Of a stretch of DNA of 64,000 nt, positions 62,408 through 64,000 are shown in pieces; within the stretch, counting starts at the first letter, position 1, and the number at the start of each line of letters is the position of its first letter. A program made the position numbers and the translations under genes. The notes below the pieces were generated by a model. The model searched no databases and was not told the DNA's origin. It worked only from the letters and a program-made list of their open reading frames with translations. Source of the DNA: Octopus bimaculoides (taxonomy: Eukaryota); NCBI RefSeq assembly GCF_001194135.2, contig NC_068984.1:17007944-17071943 (forward strand), read 5' to 3'.

Positions 62408-62937
62408 CTAAAATAAAAAAGTTGAAAAAAAAAAAAATGAAAACAGTGGAAAAATGAATAGAAAAGGGAAGCTTTATTTACTTTTACTGTTTTTATGTCA
62501 AATTTTCCATGTTAAAATTGTTGGCAGGAATTTCCGCAAACTCAGATATTTGCATATTATTTATTTTTTTAATCTTTTATCTTTCATTTGCTGCAGTCAT
62601 CAGGCTGTGGTTATGCTGGAGCATTGCCATGAAGAACTTTAGTTGAATGAACTGACTCCAGTAGTTATAAATTTTTTATAAAGCCTGGTATTTATTCCAT
62701 TGGTCCTTTTTGTTGAAGCACTAAGTCAAGGGGACGTAAACACATATACAAAGACACACACAAACATATAATATCTTATTGGTGATCATTTATGAAATAA
62801 AATTGAGAATTTAAATCCTCAAATGGTGTAACAATTCCAAAACTGGAAACATCTGAACTAAAAAAAGAACTTATTGCAGTGAGAATCTGGTTAGTGTCAA
62901 AAAAAGAAAAAAAAGAAAGAAAAAGAGTAGTACTCAC

Positions 62938-63021
62938 TTATATATTAATGGTGGGGGTAACTGCAGTGGATGCTCTTTCTCTTCTTCCTTCAATATATTG
63001 TCTAATGTTCGTTCCAACATA
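62938..63021 (-). CDS. SOS: SOS exon (PH-REM helical linker); upstream exons lie beyond the window or were not recognised
   Basis: (S)MLERTLDNILKEEEKEHPLQLPPPLIY(K) (human STLERMLD...EEKE...LP...VYRF). TTTTCCAG acceptor, GTGAGT donor. Confidence 0.9.
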   Translation of the reverse strand, partial: YVGTNIRQYIEGRRERASTAVTPTINI

Positions 63022-64000
63022 CTGGAAAATAAACCAAATATTGATAATAATAGCCTAACCTTGATTTTTAGCTGAAGCATGGAAAATATTTGTTTTGATA
63101 TATCAGCAGCAATGAAATATAGAAATGTTACGAAAAGTTAAATTGTGTACCAAATTTTAGAGCAGTCATGGTCAAACTGCAGCCTGCAGAGCTTCTTGAA
63201 TGGTGCACCTAATGAAAAACTGCCTTGAATTTTTTCTAATAGTGCAACCTGTGCCTGTTTTAGAGTATCTGTAACCTTGAATCTCCATTTTTTTAAAAAT
63301 CTCTTTTGCAATCTCTGCTGTTCTGACTGTTTAATGCATCCAGTTAAATAACATGCATGTCTTACTCCATTTCATCAATCTCATTATATATAACTATCCA
63401 AACTATTTTTTCTTATTCTTTTCTAGAAAAGATTAAAAGAGGGGACAGAGGGCAGATATATATATAATTCGAGTAATGAAAGAATAACTACTGTCATGAA
63501 GTAGAGAAAAGTGAAAACATTGAAAGAGTCATAAAGAATAAGGGTGCGTAGGCACGTCGGGAGTGGGGGTTGGTGAATTTTAGAAACCAGGGAATATGTA
63601 ACATGAACTTTAAAAAATAAAGTACAGAGGTTAGTCAATATTTGTACAAGAAAAGACAACACTAATCTAGCATTCAGTGTGTATGAGTGATGTCTGTTAA
63701 AAATATTGATTTGTTTAATAAGGAATACTCAAGGCAGTTGTTAAAAAACCTCTGCAACTCTTTTGAAAAAATTCACCATGTCTTTATAATAGCTTGAGCT
63801 TAACAAATATAACAATTAACTATTTAGTATGCCACTTTGATGCACTAAGTAACCTGTCAATGAATACAGGCTTCAAAATGGTCTTAATGTTATCAGAAAT
63901 TAAAATTGTCAAGTAGTAAACATTGTGGAAAGTAATGATAGCTCATTGGAGATGGTAATCATATTATGGCAGAAAGACAAGAACAAACGAGCTAACTTTG

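Overview
AT-rich eukaryotic DNA, inferred from its repeats to be octopus/cephalopod, with six N gaps. It holds parts of three genes. (1) An SLCO/OATP organic-anion transporter on the minus strand: four coding exons traced at 15.4-3.5 kb, the rest unlocated or beyond the left edge. (2) A complete SLC25A51/MCART1-type mitochondrial carrier on the plus strand (26341-27216). (3) The 3' part of Son of sevenless (SOS) on the minus strand: 12 phase-consistent exons from 63021 to the stop at 46170. Introns and intergenic DNA contain tRNA-derived SINE families, decayed LINEs (CR1/L2-like, RTE, R4/Dong-like), mariner and hAT remnants, and microsatellites. The strongest second-look items are a SINE 3' transduction whose source locus is in the same window, a substitution of the allosteric-site Trp in SOS (human W729 to Met), and a ~225-bp foldback hairpin. 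I found no evidence of a wholly new multi-gene system. All coordinates and identities were read by eye, and repeat boundaries are approximate.
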